Shown: one piece after another, positions 46,697 through 56,237 of the stretch
How positions within the stretch are numbered: the first letter of the stretch is position 1
Layout: every line of letters begins with the position of its first letter
Origin: Hydrurus foetidus
Lineage: Eukaryota
Direction of reading: 5' to 3'
NCBI GenBank assembly: GCA_900617105.1
Contig: UYFQ01000006.1
Location: 930,001-986,237 of the forward strand
DNA: 56,237 nt
Program-made: the position numbers and the translations under genes
Notes under the pieces: generated by a model
Databases searched by the model: none
Seen by the model: the letters and a program-made list of their open reading frames with translations, nothing else
Told to the model about the DNA's origin: nothing

Positions 46697-46752
46697 GCTT
46701 CGGTATTAATAGCTGCTTATGCCCATGCAACAAGCACAAAAGTTACTTTTTG
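46697..46752 (+). repeat. Dispersed element copy overlapping the ung start
   Basis: GCTTCGGTATTAATAGC-TGCTTATGCCCATGCAACAAGCACAAAAGTTACTTTTTG aligns with the thiL copy. Confidence 0.7.
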
Positions 46753-47501
46753 CTGAACCTGGTGTGAAAGAAGCTCAGCTGCGGGCTTGGGTGCCAGAGG
46801 CCTGGGCGATGGACGAAGGATGGCAGGTTGCGGTGGCGCCCTTTTGGGCCAGTGCGCAGGGTGTTAAGTTGGCGGGTTTCATTCGGGGTCGTTTGGCTGA
46901 GGGCGCGGTAGTCTACCCCCCGCAGCCGCTGCGGGCGCTGGAACTCACGCCGCTTGCCAGCGTCAAAGTCGTCATCCTGGGGCAAGACCCGTACCACGGC
47001 CCTGGGCAGGCAGAGGGGCTTGCGTTTTCGGTGGCGCAAGGGGTTCGCGTACCCCCCAGTTTGCGCAATATCTTCAAAGAGTTGCAGCGCGAAGGCTTGC
47101 TGGACAGCTCACCTGCTTCACTTATTCAGCAGGGTTCGTTGCAGCGGTGGGCTCGCGCGGGAGTGTTGTTGCTCAACACCTGCCTCACGGTGGAAGACGG
47201 CTTGCCCGCCAGCCATGCCAAGCAGGGTTGGGAGGCTTTGACGGATGCGCTGTTGGCGCAAGTTGCCGCAACGACTCCGACCTGTGTTTACTTGCTATGG
47301 GGCGCACACGCGCAGACCAAGGCAGATGGGGTCATTCAAGTGGCCACGCAGCATGGGCGTCAAGCTTTGGTGCTGAAAGCGAACCATCCATCGCCTTTGT
47401 CTGCGCTGCGCCCGCCCACGCCGTTCATCGGCTGCGGGCATTTTCAGCAGGCGCAAACGTGGTTGGCTACCCAGGGTGTGAAGCTGAATTGGACGCTGTG
47501 A
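46719..47501 (+). CDS. ung: Uracil-DNA glycosylase family 1
   Basis: VILGQDPYH, GLAFS, PPSLRNI, LLLN and HPSPLS motifs. Start uncertain. Confidence 0.95.
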   Translation: MPMQQAQKLLFAEPGVKEAQLRAWVPEAWAMDEGWQVAVAPFWASAQGVKLAGFIRGRLAEGAVVYPPQPLRALELTPLASVKVVILGQDPYHGPGQAEGLAFSVAQGVRVPPSLRNIFKELQREGLLDSSPASLIQQGSLQRWARAGVLLLNTCLTVEDGLPASHAKQGWEALTDALLAQVAATTPTCVYLLWGAHAQTKADGVIQVATQHGRQALVLKANHPSPLSALRPPTPFIGCGHFQQAQTWLATQGVKLNWTL

Positions 47502-47530
47502 GTTGGTGAAAATCGCTACTAAAGCAAGAT

Positions 47531-47575
47531 AAAAGTGAAAAAACTTGTGTGAGCCCGATAAAGCCATGCTAAACT
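47531..47575 (+). promoter_or_regulatory. Putative promoter of the tRNA-tuf operon
   Basis: A-rich UP-like tract and extended -10 TG-C-TAAACT (47567-47575), just upstream of tRNA-Tyr. Confidence 0.45.
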
Positions 47576-47587
47576 CAAAGGCTGTTT

Positions 47588-47673
47588 GGATGGGTGGCCG
47601 AGTGGTTAATGGCAGCAGACTGTAAATCTGCCCTCTTGCGAGTACGCTGGTTCGAATCCAGCCCCATCCACCA
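47588..47673 (+). tRNA. tRNA-Tyr (GTA)
   Basis: GGATGGG/CCCATCC acceptor stem, anticodon loop CTGTAAA, long variable arm, GGTTCGAATCC, encoded CCA. Confidence 0.97.
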
Positions 47674-47759
47674 GAATAATTTTGTGGATTTTTTTGCGAA
47701 TTTGGGTAGCGGTCAGGTGACTGCCTGATGAAGATGTTTTGATAGACCTCAAAGCTCAG

Positions 47760-47833
47760 GCGGGTGTAGCTCAATGGTAGAGCTGAAGCCTTCCAAGCTT
47801 AAGACGAGAGTTCGATTCTCTTCACCCGCTCCA
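47760..47833 (+). tRNA. tRNA-Gly (TCC)
   Basis: GCGGGTG/CACCCGC acceptor stem, loop CTTCCAA, GTTCGATT, CCA. Confidence 0.97.
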
Positions 47834-47873
47834 GTGTCGCAAAAAGTTTGAATTTTCAGTATTCACGGATACT

Positions 47874-47948
47874 GCCCTTGTGGCTCAGTGGTAGAGCACC
47901 CCCTTGGTAAGGGGGAGGTCGCGAGTCCGATTCTCGCCAAGGGCACCA
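47874..47948 (+). tRNA. tRNA-Thr (GGT)
   Basis: GCCCTTG/CAAGGGC acceptor stem, loop TTGGTAA, CCA; the T-loop reads TCCGATT. Confidence 0.93.
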
Positions 47949-48044
47949 GTTAAGTGGGCGCTTTAAGCCGGTGCATGTGCATCGAATGTGCAAGCGCAAG
48001 GCAAGTTGTTAATTTGTTTGTCGTTTTCTTCGGAGTCGAGAAAA

Positions 48045-49234
48045 ATGGGAAAAGAAAAGTTTGAACGTACCAAGCCCCACGTCAACGTGGGCACGATCGG
48101 TCACGTCGATCACGGTAAAACCACGCTGACAGCGGCCATCACCACCGTGTTGGCAGCCAAGTTCGGCGGTCAAGCCAAGGCTTACGACCAAATTGACGCG
48201 GCACCCGAAGAAAAAGCGCGCGGCATCACCATCAACACCGCCCACGTGGAATACGAAACGGCTAACCGCCATTACGCCCACGTTGATTGCCCCGGCCACG
48301 CTGACTATGTGAAAAACATGATCACCGGTGCTGCGCAAATGGACGGCGCTATTCTGGTTTGTTCCGCTGCTGACGGCCCAATGCCTCAGACCCGCGAACA
48401 CATCCTGTTGGCCCGCCAGGTAGGCGTACCTTACATCATCGTGTTCCTGAACAAATGCGACATGGTTGACGACGCCGAGCTGCTCGAACTCGTTGAAATG
48501 GAAGTGCGCGAGCTCCTCGACAAGTACGACTTCCCTGGCGACGACACCCCCATCATCCACGGCTCGCCAAGCTCGCCATGGAAGGCGACAAAGGCGAACT
48601 CGGCGAAGGCGCGATCTTCAAGCTCGCTGAAGCACTGGACACCTACATCCCTCATGCCAGAGCGTGCCATTGACGGCCCTTCCTGATGCCCGTAGAAGAC
48701 GTGTTCTCGATCTCCGGTCGTGGCACCGTGGTGACCGGCCGTATCGAGCGCGGCGTCGTCAAAGTCGGCGAATCCATCGAAATCGTCGGTATCACTACCA
48801 CCATCCAGACCATCTGCACCGGTGTTGAAATGTTCCGCAAACTGCTCGACCAAGGTCAAGCAGGCGACAACGTCGGCATCTTGCTGCGCGGCACCAAGCG
48901 CGAAGAAGTTCAGCGCGGCCAAGTGCTCTGCAAACCCGGTTCGATCAAGCCACACACCCACTTCACCGCTGAAGTCTATGTGTTGAGCAAAGACGAAGGC
49001 GGCCGCCACACCCCCTTCTTCAACAACTACCGTCCCCAGTTCTACTTCCGTACCACGGACGTGACCGGTGCGATTGAGTTGCCAGAAGGCAAAGAAATGG
49101 TCATGCCCGGCGACAACGTCAGCATCACCGTCAAACTCATCAACCCCATCGCCATGCAAGAAGGCCTGCGCTTCGCTATCCGCGAAGGCGGCAAGACTGT
49201 CGGCTCCGGTGTGGTGGCTAAGGTTATTGCTTAA
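48045..49234 (+). CDS. tuf: Elongation factor Tu (three apparent 1-nt indels near 48569, 48653 and 48678, probably sequencing errors)
   Basis: [18 protein letters not shown] and NKCD motifs, with continuous EF-Tu sequence across the frame switches. Span is 1190 nt, one short of a multiple of 3. Confidence 0.93.
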
Positions 49235-49244
49235 GAGATATTGA

Positions 49245-49320
49245 AGGGGCGTAGCTCAATTGGCAGAGTGTCGGTCTCCAAAACCGAAGGTTGGGGGTTC
49301 GATGCCCTCCGCCCCTGCCA
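49245..49320 (+). tRNA. tRNA-Trp (CCA)
   Basis: AGGGGCG/CGCCCCT acceptor stem, loop CTCCAAA, GGTTCGA, CCA; lies between tuf and secE. Confidence 0.97.
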
Positions 49321-49348
49321 CCCAATCTGAGCCATTGGGTGGAATTTG

Positions 49349-49375
49349 AGCCCACCATGCGTATGGTGGGCTTTT
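49349..49375 (+). terminator. Rho-independent terminator
   Basis: AGCCCACCAT-GCGT-ATGGTGGGCT followed by TTT. Confidence 0.75.
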
Positions 49376-49419
49376 AGCGTCTTAAGTGACTCATTTTTTA
49401 CAGCAGGAATTCAGCCCTC

Positions 49420-49803
49420 ATGGCAGCCACACAAATTGAAACCGTCCGCACTCATGCTGACAAAGCCAAACTGGCCGGTGCGGCTACGTTGGTGGTCGTG
49501 GCTTTGGTGGGGTTTTATCTCCTGACAAAGCAAGGCCCTTATGCACAATGGGCTGCTTTGATCGTTGGGTTGGCTGCTGCGGTGGTGTTGTTTTTGACCT
49601 CAGAGCCTGGAAAATCATTGGTGGCCTTTGGTCGCGAAGCTTGGCGGGAAGTCAAAAAGGTGGTTTGGCCCACCCGCAAAGAGGCCATGCAAATGACAGC
49701 TTATGTTTTTGGTTTTGCCGTCATCATGGCCATTTTCTTATGGACCACTGACAAGACCCTTGAATGGGTGTTTTATGACCTGATCCTGGGCTGGAAAAAA
49801 TAA
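49420..49803 (+). CDS. secE: Preprotein translocase SecE
   Basis: [12 protein letters not shown] motif, three TM segments, synteny. Confidence 0.96.
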   Translation: MAATQIETVRTHADKAKLAGAATLVVVALVGFYLLTKQGPYAQWAALIVGLAAAVVLFLTSEPGKSLVAFGREAWREVKKVVWPTRKEAMQMTAYVFGFAVIMAIFLWTTDKTLEWVFYDLILGWKK

Positions 49804-50429
49804 TGACAGACGCTGTAGAAACTCTGGGTGCTGATGTTGCCGTCAATTTGACTGCGGCTGCCGATGTGCCTGTCTCCGCTGGTATCGGTGCGCCTTCCAA
49901 GTTTGCGTGGTACGTGGTTCATGCTTATTCTGGCATGGAAAAAGCAGTAGAGCGCAACATTCTGGAGCGCATTCAGCGCGCCGGCATGGAAAGCAAGTTT
50001 GGCCGTATTTTGGTGCCTACCGAAGAAGTGGTCGAAATCAAAAACGGTCAACGCAAAACCACAGAGCGTCGCTTCTTTCCTGGCTACGTGCTTGTGGAGA
50101 TGGAAATGGACGACGAATCCTGGCACTTGGTGAAGCACACCAACAAGGTCACTGGTTTTGTAGGTGGCGCTAAAAACCGCCCTGCGCCCATTTCTGAAGC
50201 TGAAGTTCAAAAAATCGTCAGCCAGATGCAAGAGGGCGTGGAAAAACCACGTCACAAGGTCGAGTTCATCGTGGGCGAATACGTCCGCGTCAAAGAAGGC
50301 CCTTTCACCGACTTCAACGGTTCGGTCGAAGAAGTCAACTACGAAAAGAGCAAAGTTCGCGTGTCGGTCACGATTTTCGGTCGTGCCACCCCTGTCGAAC
50401 TGGAATTCAGCCAAGTCGAAAAGGCTTAA
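49803..50429 (+). CDS. nusG: Transcription termination/antitermination factor NusG
   Basis: [27 protein letters not shown] and [10 protein letters not shown] motifs. Confidence 0.97.
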   Translation: MTDAVETLGADVAVNLTAAADVPVSAGIGAPSKFAWYVVHAYSGMEKAVERNILERIQRAGMESKFGRILVPTEEVVEIKNGQRKTTERRFFPGYVLVEMEMDDESWHLVKHTNKVTGFVGGAKNRPAPISEAEVQKIVSQMQEGVEKPRHKVEFIVGEYVRVKEGPFTDFNGSVEEVNYEKSKVRVSVTIFGRATPVELEFSQVEKA

Positions 50430-50489
50430 AAATTCAGTCTTCGCGTTTCCCGACTCGGCGCGAAGGTTTTCTCAAGAGTTGTTAACCCC

Positions 50490-50522
50490 CGGGGAGCTTC
50501 TTCACTGAAGCGTTAAAACCCG
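50490..50522 (+). promoter_or_regulatory. Ribosomal protein L1-binding leader of rplKA
   Basis: GGGGAG-CTTC...GAAG-CGTTAAAACCC layout, as in the known L1 autoregulatory site, just before the rplK RBS. Confidence 0.7.
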
Positions 50523-50534
50523 AAAGGAAAAAGC

Positions 50535-50966
50535 ATGGCGAAGAAAATCGTTGGCTTTGTGAAGCTGCAAGTTCCAGCTGGCAAGGCAAATCCCTCTCCT
50601 CCGATTGGCCCCGCATTGGGTCAACGCGGTTTGAACATCATGGAGTTCTGCAAGGCGTTCAACGCGCAGACCCAGGGTATCGAGCCCGGTACACCGCTGC
50701 CCGTGGTGATCACCGCTTTTGCAGACAAGAGCTTCACCTTCATCATCAAAACGCCTCCAGCGACCGCGATGATCAAGAAAGCCATCAAGCTCGACAAGGG
50801 CTCTGCAACGGCACACAGCGTCAAGGTTGGCAAGATCACACGGGCGCAGCTCGAAGAAATCGCCAAGACCAAGATGAAAGACATGAACGCTGCGAACATT
50901 GATGCAGCCATTCGCACTATCGCCGGCTCTGCCCGTTCGATGGGCGTGACCGTAGAGGGTTTGTAA
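50535..50966 (+). CDS. rplK: 50S ribosomal protein L11
   Basis: [30 protein letters not shown] motif. Confidence 0.98.
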   Translation: MAKKIVGFVKLQVPAGKANPSPPIGPALGQRGLNIMEFCKAFNAQTQGIEPGTPLPVVITAFADKSFTFIIKTPPATAMIKKAIKLDKGSATAHSVKVGKITRAQLEEIAKTKMKDMNAANIDAAIRTIAGSARSMGVTVEGL

Positions 50967-51662
50967 ATGACCAAGCTGACAAAACGCGAAAAAACCTACG
51001 TTGGCAAAGCCGACAGCTTGAAGCTGTTTGCCTTGGCTGATGCTTTGGCCATCGTTAAAGAATGCGCTACCGCCAAGTTCGATGAATCCATCGACGTGGC
51101 TGTGCAACTCGGCATTGACGCTAAGAAATCCGACCAAGTGGTTCGCGGTGCTGTTGTGTTGCCTAACGGCACCGGCAAGACCAAGCGCGTCGCTGTGTTC
51201 GCCCAAGGTGCTAAGGCTGAAGAAGCCAAAGCTGCTGGTGCTGACATCGTGGGTATGGACGATTTGGCTGCGATGGTCAAGGCTGGCAACATGCCTTTCG
51301 ACGTGGTTATCGCTGCGCCTGACGCTATGCGTATCGTAGGTACGTTGGGTCAGATCCTCGGCCCACGTGGTTTGATGCCCAACCCCAAGGTTGGCACCGT
51401 GACCCCTGACGTAGCAACCGCTGTGCGCAATGCCAAGGCTGGTCAAGTGCAGTTCCGTGTGGACAAAGCCGGTATTGTGCATGGAACTATTGGTCGTCGC
51501 TCGTTCGACACCGACAAGCTGCAAGGCAACTTGGTGGCTTTGGTGGATGCCTTGGTGAAAGCCAAGCCTGCAACCAGCAAAGGTGTTTACCTGCGCAAGG
51601 TCGCTGTGTCGAGCACGATGGGTGTGGGCGTCCGTGTGGACACCCAGTCCATTGCTGCTTAA
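50967..51662 (+). CDS. rplA: 50S ribosomal protein L1
   Basis: [24 protein letters not shown] and SSTMG motifs. Confidence 0.98.
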   Translation: MTKLTKREKTYVGKADSLKLFALADALAIVKECATAKFDESIDVAVQLGIDAKKSDQVVRGAVVLPNGTGKTKRVAVFAQGAKAEEAKAAGADIVGMDDLAAMVKAGNMPFDVVIAAPDAMRIVGTLGQILGPRGLMPNPKVGTVTPDVATAVRNAKAGQVQFRVDKAGIVHGTIGRRSFDTDKLQGNLVALVDALVKAKPATSKGVYLRKVAVSSTMGVGVRVDTQSIAA

Positions 51663-51766
51663 TTTAAGCTGCTGAAAAAGTATTCGGGCAACCTGCAAGG
51701 GTTGCTTGATGTGGTGGGCTGATGAAGGTTGTGCCGTTGAAAAGCAGCGTTGCATCTTCTTCTCAG

Positions 51767-51840
51767 GCCATCCATGACCGTTGGCGTACAGCCGGTTCGC
51801 TGGTTGCACTTAATTGTGAGTCAAGCCAACGCAGATGGCG
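51767..51840 (+). promoter_or_regulatory. L10 leader (rplJL autoregulatory RNA)
   Basis: GCCATC/GATGGC and CGTTGGC/GCCAACG stems with GAC/AGA kink and CTTAA loop, in the rplA-rplJ gap. Confidence 0.75.
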
Positions 51841-51969
51841 ATCCCGCTGCATAGAAACATGAGAGTTATCAGAGTTTCAAAACAGTTGGTCGCTGCATTA
51901 TGGCGTGTTGAAAGGTTGAAATTTTGCACAAGCAAGTTCTGCCAACAACACATTTCAAAGGAGTAGACC

Positions 51970-52533
51970 TTGAGTCTGAATCGCAGTGAAAAGCAAGCGG
52001 TCATTGAAGAAGTGACCAGCCTCGCCGCCAATGCGCAAACGCTCGTGATTGCGGAATACCGCGGCATCACGGTCGCTGACATGACCAAATTGCGCGTCTC
52101 TGCACGCAGCAAGGACGTAACGTTGAGCGTGTTGAAAAACACCTTGGCCCGTCGTGCTGTGGCAGGAACCCCATTTGCCGTGCTCGCCGACCAGATGACC
52201 GGTCCGCTGATCTATGGCTTTTCTACCGATGCTGTAGCCGCCGCGAAAGTGGTAGCTGACTTCGCTAAAACTAACGACAAGTTGGTGATTCGCGGTGGTG
52301 CATTCGGTGCAAAAGTCTTGGACGTGAACGGCGTTAAGCAACTGGCAAATATCCCGTCGAAGGAAGTTCTGCTGGCCCAATTGCTGGGTTTGATGCAGTC
52401 TCCCATTTCGCGTACAGCCCGCGTGCTGGCCGCGTTGGCCGCGCAACGTACTGTGCCCGAAGAAGTTGCGCCTGTCGCAGCCGAGGCGCAAGCACCCGCA
52501 GAAGCTTCCCCTGAAGCGGTCGTTGCAGCTTGA
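51970..52533 (+). CDS. rplJ: 50S ribosomal protein L10
   Basis: AGGAG RBS, TTG start, EYRGITV and [10 protein letters not shown] motifs. Confidence 0.97.
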   Translation: MSLNRSEKQAVIEEVTSLAANAQTLVIAEYRGITVADMTKLRVSARSKDVTLSVLKNTLARRAVAGTPFAVLADQMTGPLIYGFSTDAVAAAKVVADFAKTNDKLVIRGGAFGAKVLDVNGVKQLANIPSKEVLLAQLLGLMQSPISRTARVLAALAAQRTVPEEVAPVAAEAQAPAEASPEAVVAA

Positions 52534-52610
52534 CGTGAACAACCTTGTGCGGTGTATTTGAGGCTAAGCCTTGAATCCGCCCCAACTGAATAGAAATATA
52601 GGAAATCAAA

Positions 52611-52982
52611 ATGGCATTCGATAAAGACGCATTTTTGACCGCGCTTGACAGCATGACGGTCCTCGAACTCAACGATCTGGTGAAAGCCATCGAAGAGAAG
52701 TTTGGCGTGAGCGCTGCTGCTATGGCAGGCCCCGCTGCAGCTGGCCCAGCGGCTGCTGTTGCTGAAGAGAAGACCGAATTCAACGTCGTTCTGCTTGAAG
52801 CCGGTGCCCAGAAGGTCTCCGTCATCAAGGCCGTGCGCGAAATCACCGGTCTGGGCTTGAAAGAAGCTAAAGACTTGGTTGACGGCGCACCTAAGAACAT
52901 CAAAGAAGGTGTTTCCAAGGCTGACGCTGAAGCCGCTATGAAGAAGCTGGTTGATGCTGGCGCTAAGGTTGAACTGAAGTAA
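52611..52982 (+). CDS. rplL: 50S ribosomal protein L7/L12
   Basis: [14 protein letters not shown] and [11 protein letters not shown] motifs. Confidence 0.98.
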   Translation: MAFDKDAFLTALDSMTVLELNDLVKAIEEKFGVSAAAMAGPAAAGPAAAVAEEKTEFNVVLLEAGAQKVSVIKAVREITGLGLKEAKDLVDGAPKNIKEGVSKADAEAAMKKLVDAGAKVELK

Positions 52983-52996
52983 TTCGGTTGAGTCTG

Positions 52997-53090
52997 AAGG
53001 CTGGAGTGGCTGCAAAGCCCTCCAGCCTTTGCCGCTTTCAGAGCGCATTGGAAAGCAGCGAAAACCGTTTCGAGGTTTACGCTGCTTTTC
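52997..53090 (+). terminator. rplL-rpoB attenuator/terminator hairpins
   Basis: AAGGCTGGAG/CTCCAGCCTT-T (52997-53030) and AAAGCAGCG/CGCTGCTTT-T (53052-53089). Confidence 0.65.
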
Positions 53091-53279
53091 AGTGTCTTCT
53101 GACCCCGACTGCAGAAGACGACCTGGATCGGGTTGCGTGCAATGCGCAATCGTCCGCCATGGGTTGGTAGTGGCCAACCGCCAGGGATGTTTGGACTCGA
53201 TGCCAGCGTGAAACGCTGCGTTGGCCCAAGCCACATAGTCGCTGAAGACCTTGGACTCAAGTCTTTGCCCGGAGAACTC

Positions 53280-56237
53280 ATGGCCTATTCTTTTACCGAA
53301 CGCAAGCGCATCCGCAAAAACTTTGGCAGCCGCGACAGCGTGCTCGAAGTACCTTACCTGCTGCAAATGCAAAAAGACGCCTACACGGCATTTTTGCAAG
53401 CTGATATTGCGCCTAAAAAACGCACGACTGAAGGCCTGCAAGCCGCTTTCGATGCCGCTTTCCCTATCGTTTCGCACAACGGTTTTGTCGAGATGAAGTT
53501 CAGCGAGTACAACCTTGCTAAACCAGCCTTCGATGTGCGTGAATGCCAAACCCGTGGTCTGACGTTCGCCTCCGCAGTGCGGGCCAAAGTACAGCTCATT
53601 ATTTATGACCGCGAGTCTTCGACCTCGCAATCCAAAGTCATCAAAGAGGTGAAAGAGCAAGAAGTCTACATGGGCGAAGTGCCTTTGATGACTGACAAAG
53701 GCTCGTTCATCATCAACGGTACTGAGCGCGTGATCGTGTCCCAGTTGCATCGCTCACCTGGTGTGTTCTTTGAGCACGACAAGGGTAAAACCCACAGTTC
53801 GGGCAAGTTGTTGTTCTCGGCGCGGATCATTCCCTACCGTGGCTCTTGGCTCGATTTCGAGTTTGACCCGAAAGACCTTTTGTATTTCCGCGTTGACCGT
53901 CGTCGCAAGATGCCCGTCACGATTTTGCTCAAAGCCATTGGCTTGAACCCTGAGTCCATCTTGGCGAACTTCTTCGTCAACGACAACTTCCGTCTGATGG
54001 ACAGCGGTGCGCAAATGGAATTCGTGGCCGAGCGCTTGCGCGGTGAAGTGGCCCGCTTTGACATCACCGACAAGGCTGGCAAAGTCGTTGTTGCGAAAGA
54101 CAAGCGCGTCACGGTTCGCCATACCCGCGAGCTGGAGCAGTCTGGTACCACGCACATCAGCGTGCCCGAAGACTTCTTGGTGGGCCGTGTTGTGGCCCGC
54201 AACATTATTGATGCAGACACTGGTGAAATCATCATCAAGGCCAATGAAGAGTTGACCGATCTGTTGATGAAGAAGCTGCGCAGTGCGGGCGTCAAAGACG
54301 TGCAGTGCATCTACACCAACGAGCTCGATCAAGGCCCGTACATGTCGCAAACCTTGCGCATTGACGAAACAACCGACGAGTTTGCAGCCCGTGTCGCTAT
54401 CTATCGCATGATGCGTCCTGGTGAGCCACCGACTGAAGACGCGGTGCAAGCCCTGTTCCAGCGGCTGTTCTACAACCCCGACACGTACGATCTGTCGCGC
54501 GTGGGTCGCATGAAGTTCAACGCCAAAATGGGCCGCGACGAATCTACCGGCCTGATGGTGCTGACCAACGAAGACATCTTGTCTGTGGTCAAAATCCTGG
54601 TTGACCTGCGCAATGGCCGTGGCGAAGTGGACGATATCGACCACTTGGGCAACCGCCGCGTACGTTGCGTGGGCGAGTTGGCTGAGAATCAGTACCGTAC
54701 AGGTCTGGCCCGCATCGAAAAGGCCGTAAAGGAGCGTCTGGGCCAAGCCGAGCAAGAGCCGCTGATGCCGCACGACCTGATCAACAGCAAGCCCATTTCG
54801 GCTGCGTTGAAGGAGTTCTTCGGTGCGTCGCAGTTGTCACAGTTCATGGACCAGACAAACCCGCTGGCGGAAATCACCCACAAGCGCCGTGTATCGGCCC
54901 TTGGCCCAGGTGGTTTGACCCGGGAGCGTGCTGGCTTTGAAGTGCGTGACGTGCACGTGACCCACTACGGTCGCGTGTGCCCTATTGAAACGCCAGAAGG
55001 TCCGAACATTGGTCTGATCAACTCGTTGGCTTTGTACGCTCGCCTGAACGAATACGGCTTCATCGAAACACCCTACCGTCGTGTGGTGGACAGCAAAGTC
55101 ACGATGGAAATCGATTACCTGTCGGCCATCGAAGAAGGCAAGTACGTGATTGCCCAGGCCAATGCGGCACTGGACAAAGACGGTACCTTGACCGGTGACT
55201 TGGTGTCTGCCCGTGAAAAGGGTGAATCCATTCTGGTCGGTGCCGCGCGCGTGCAATACATGGACGTGTCTCCCGCGCAGATCGTATCGGTGGCGGCATC
55301 CCTGGTGCCGTTCTTGGAGCACGATGATGCGAACCGCGCCTTGATGGGCGCGAACATGCAGCGTCAGGCGGTGCCACTGTTGCGTCCTGAAAAGCCTTTG
55401 TCGGTACCGGAATCGAGCGCGTTGCCGCTGTCGATTCCGGCACCGTCGTGACGGCGGTGCGTGGCGGCATCGTGGACTATGTTGATGCAACCCGCATCGT
55501 GGTGCGTGTGAACGACGCTGAAGCGCTGGCCGGTGAAGTGGGTGTGGACATCTACAACCTGATCAAGTACCAGCGTTCGAACCAGAACACCAACATCCAC
55601 CAGCGTCCCATCGTCAAGAAGGGCGACGCCTGGCCAAGGGTGACGTGATTGCCGACGGTGCATCGACCGACATGGGCGAATTGGCGTTGGGCAGAACATG
55701 CTGATCGCCTTCATGCCTTGGAACGGCTACAACTTTGAAGATTCGATTTTGATCAGCGAGCGTGTGGTGGCTGAAGACCGCTACACCTCGATCCACATCG
55801 AAGAGCTGGTGGTGATGGCCCGTGACACCAAGCTGGGCGCGGAAGAAATCACCCGCGACATCCCTAACTTGGCCGAGCAACAGCTCAACCGTTTGGACGA
55901 GTCCGGCATCATTTATGTGGGCGCTGAAGTTCAGCCGGGCGACACGCTGGTGGGCAAGGTCACGCCAAAGGGCGAAACCACGCTCACACCCGAAGAGAAG
56001 CTGCTGCGCGCTATTTTCGGCGAAAAAGCCAGCGACGTGAAAGACACCTCGCTGCGCGTCAGCCAAGGCTCACAAGGCACCGTGATCGACGTGCAGGTCT
56101 TCACCCGTGAAGGCATCGTGCGCGACAAGCGTGCGCAGCAAATCATTGACGACGAACTCAAGCGTTTCCGCCTGGACTTGAACGACCAGTTGCGCATCGT
56201 GGAAGCCGACGCGTTTGACCGTATTGCCAAGCTGCTG
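53280..56237 (+). CDS. rpoB: RNA polymerase beta subunit, 3' truncated, with three apparent 1-nt deletions near 55398, 55628 and 55691
   Basis: [43 protein letters not shown] and GYNFED motifs; sequence continues across the frame switches. Confidence 0.96.

Noticed and set aside
52212..53750. Long antisense ORFs (also 3038-4060, 36812-37759, 41144-42184, 44436-45791, 50502-51809)
   Set aside because: Shadow frames of well-supported genes in GC-rich DNA, with no recognisable motifs.
48045..56237. Programmed frameshifting or pseudogenisation of tuf and rpoB
   Set aside because: No slippery heptamers or stimulatory structures seen; multiple scattered single-base indels in essential genes fit sequencing error.
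1..56237. CRISPR array, rRNA, IS/transposase, integrase or prophage
   Set aside because: No regularly spaced repeats, rRNA-like tracts or mobility-gene motifs were found, and the tRNA genes show no duplicated 3' ends.

Overview
Chromosomal window from a high-GC betaproteobacterium; gene content and order suggest Comamonadaceae, which is an inference. Left to right: 5'-truncated two-domain SDR (acyl-CoA reductase-like); phd/vapC TA pair; lptA-lptB-rpoN-rlmL-like-PIN-HD-GYP-PAS/GGDEF/EAL. Next is a minus-strand block: FMN glutamate-synthase-like, SnoaL, and a LysR-headed sugar-type ABC operon whose permease is fused to a strictosidine-synthase-like/lactonase beta-propeller, followed by SDR, ALDH and Zn-ADH. 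Then cinA-pgpA-[LysR, small ORF, tautomerase, LysR, DUF4148-like]-thiL, a Gcr-like gene, apaG, rpe-gph and two chalcone-isomerase-like genes. The trp operon follows, preceded by two tandem Trp-containing leader ORFs and interrupted by chorismate mutase, GxxExxY, a Type III-like res-mod pair and lysE. The window ends with ung and the core tRNA(Tyr,Gly,Thr)-tuf-tRNA(Trp)-secE-nusG-rplKAJL-rpoB cluster (rpoB 3'-truncated); the single-base indels in tuf and rpoB look like sequencing errors. The most notable unexplained signal is a degenerate ~55-bp repeat with a 17-bp GCT-N11-AGC core. It occurs about nine times, mostly inside coding sequence without breaking the frame, and contains the apparent start codon of two genes. 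No CRISPR array, rRNA, transposase or integrase was seen. All family assignments come from motif recognition, not database searches.
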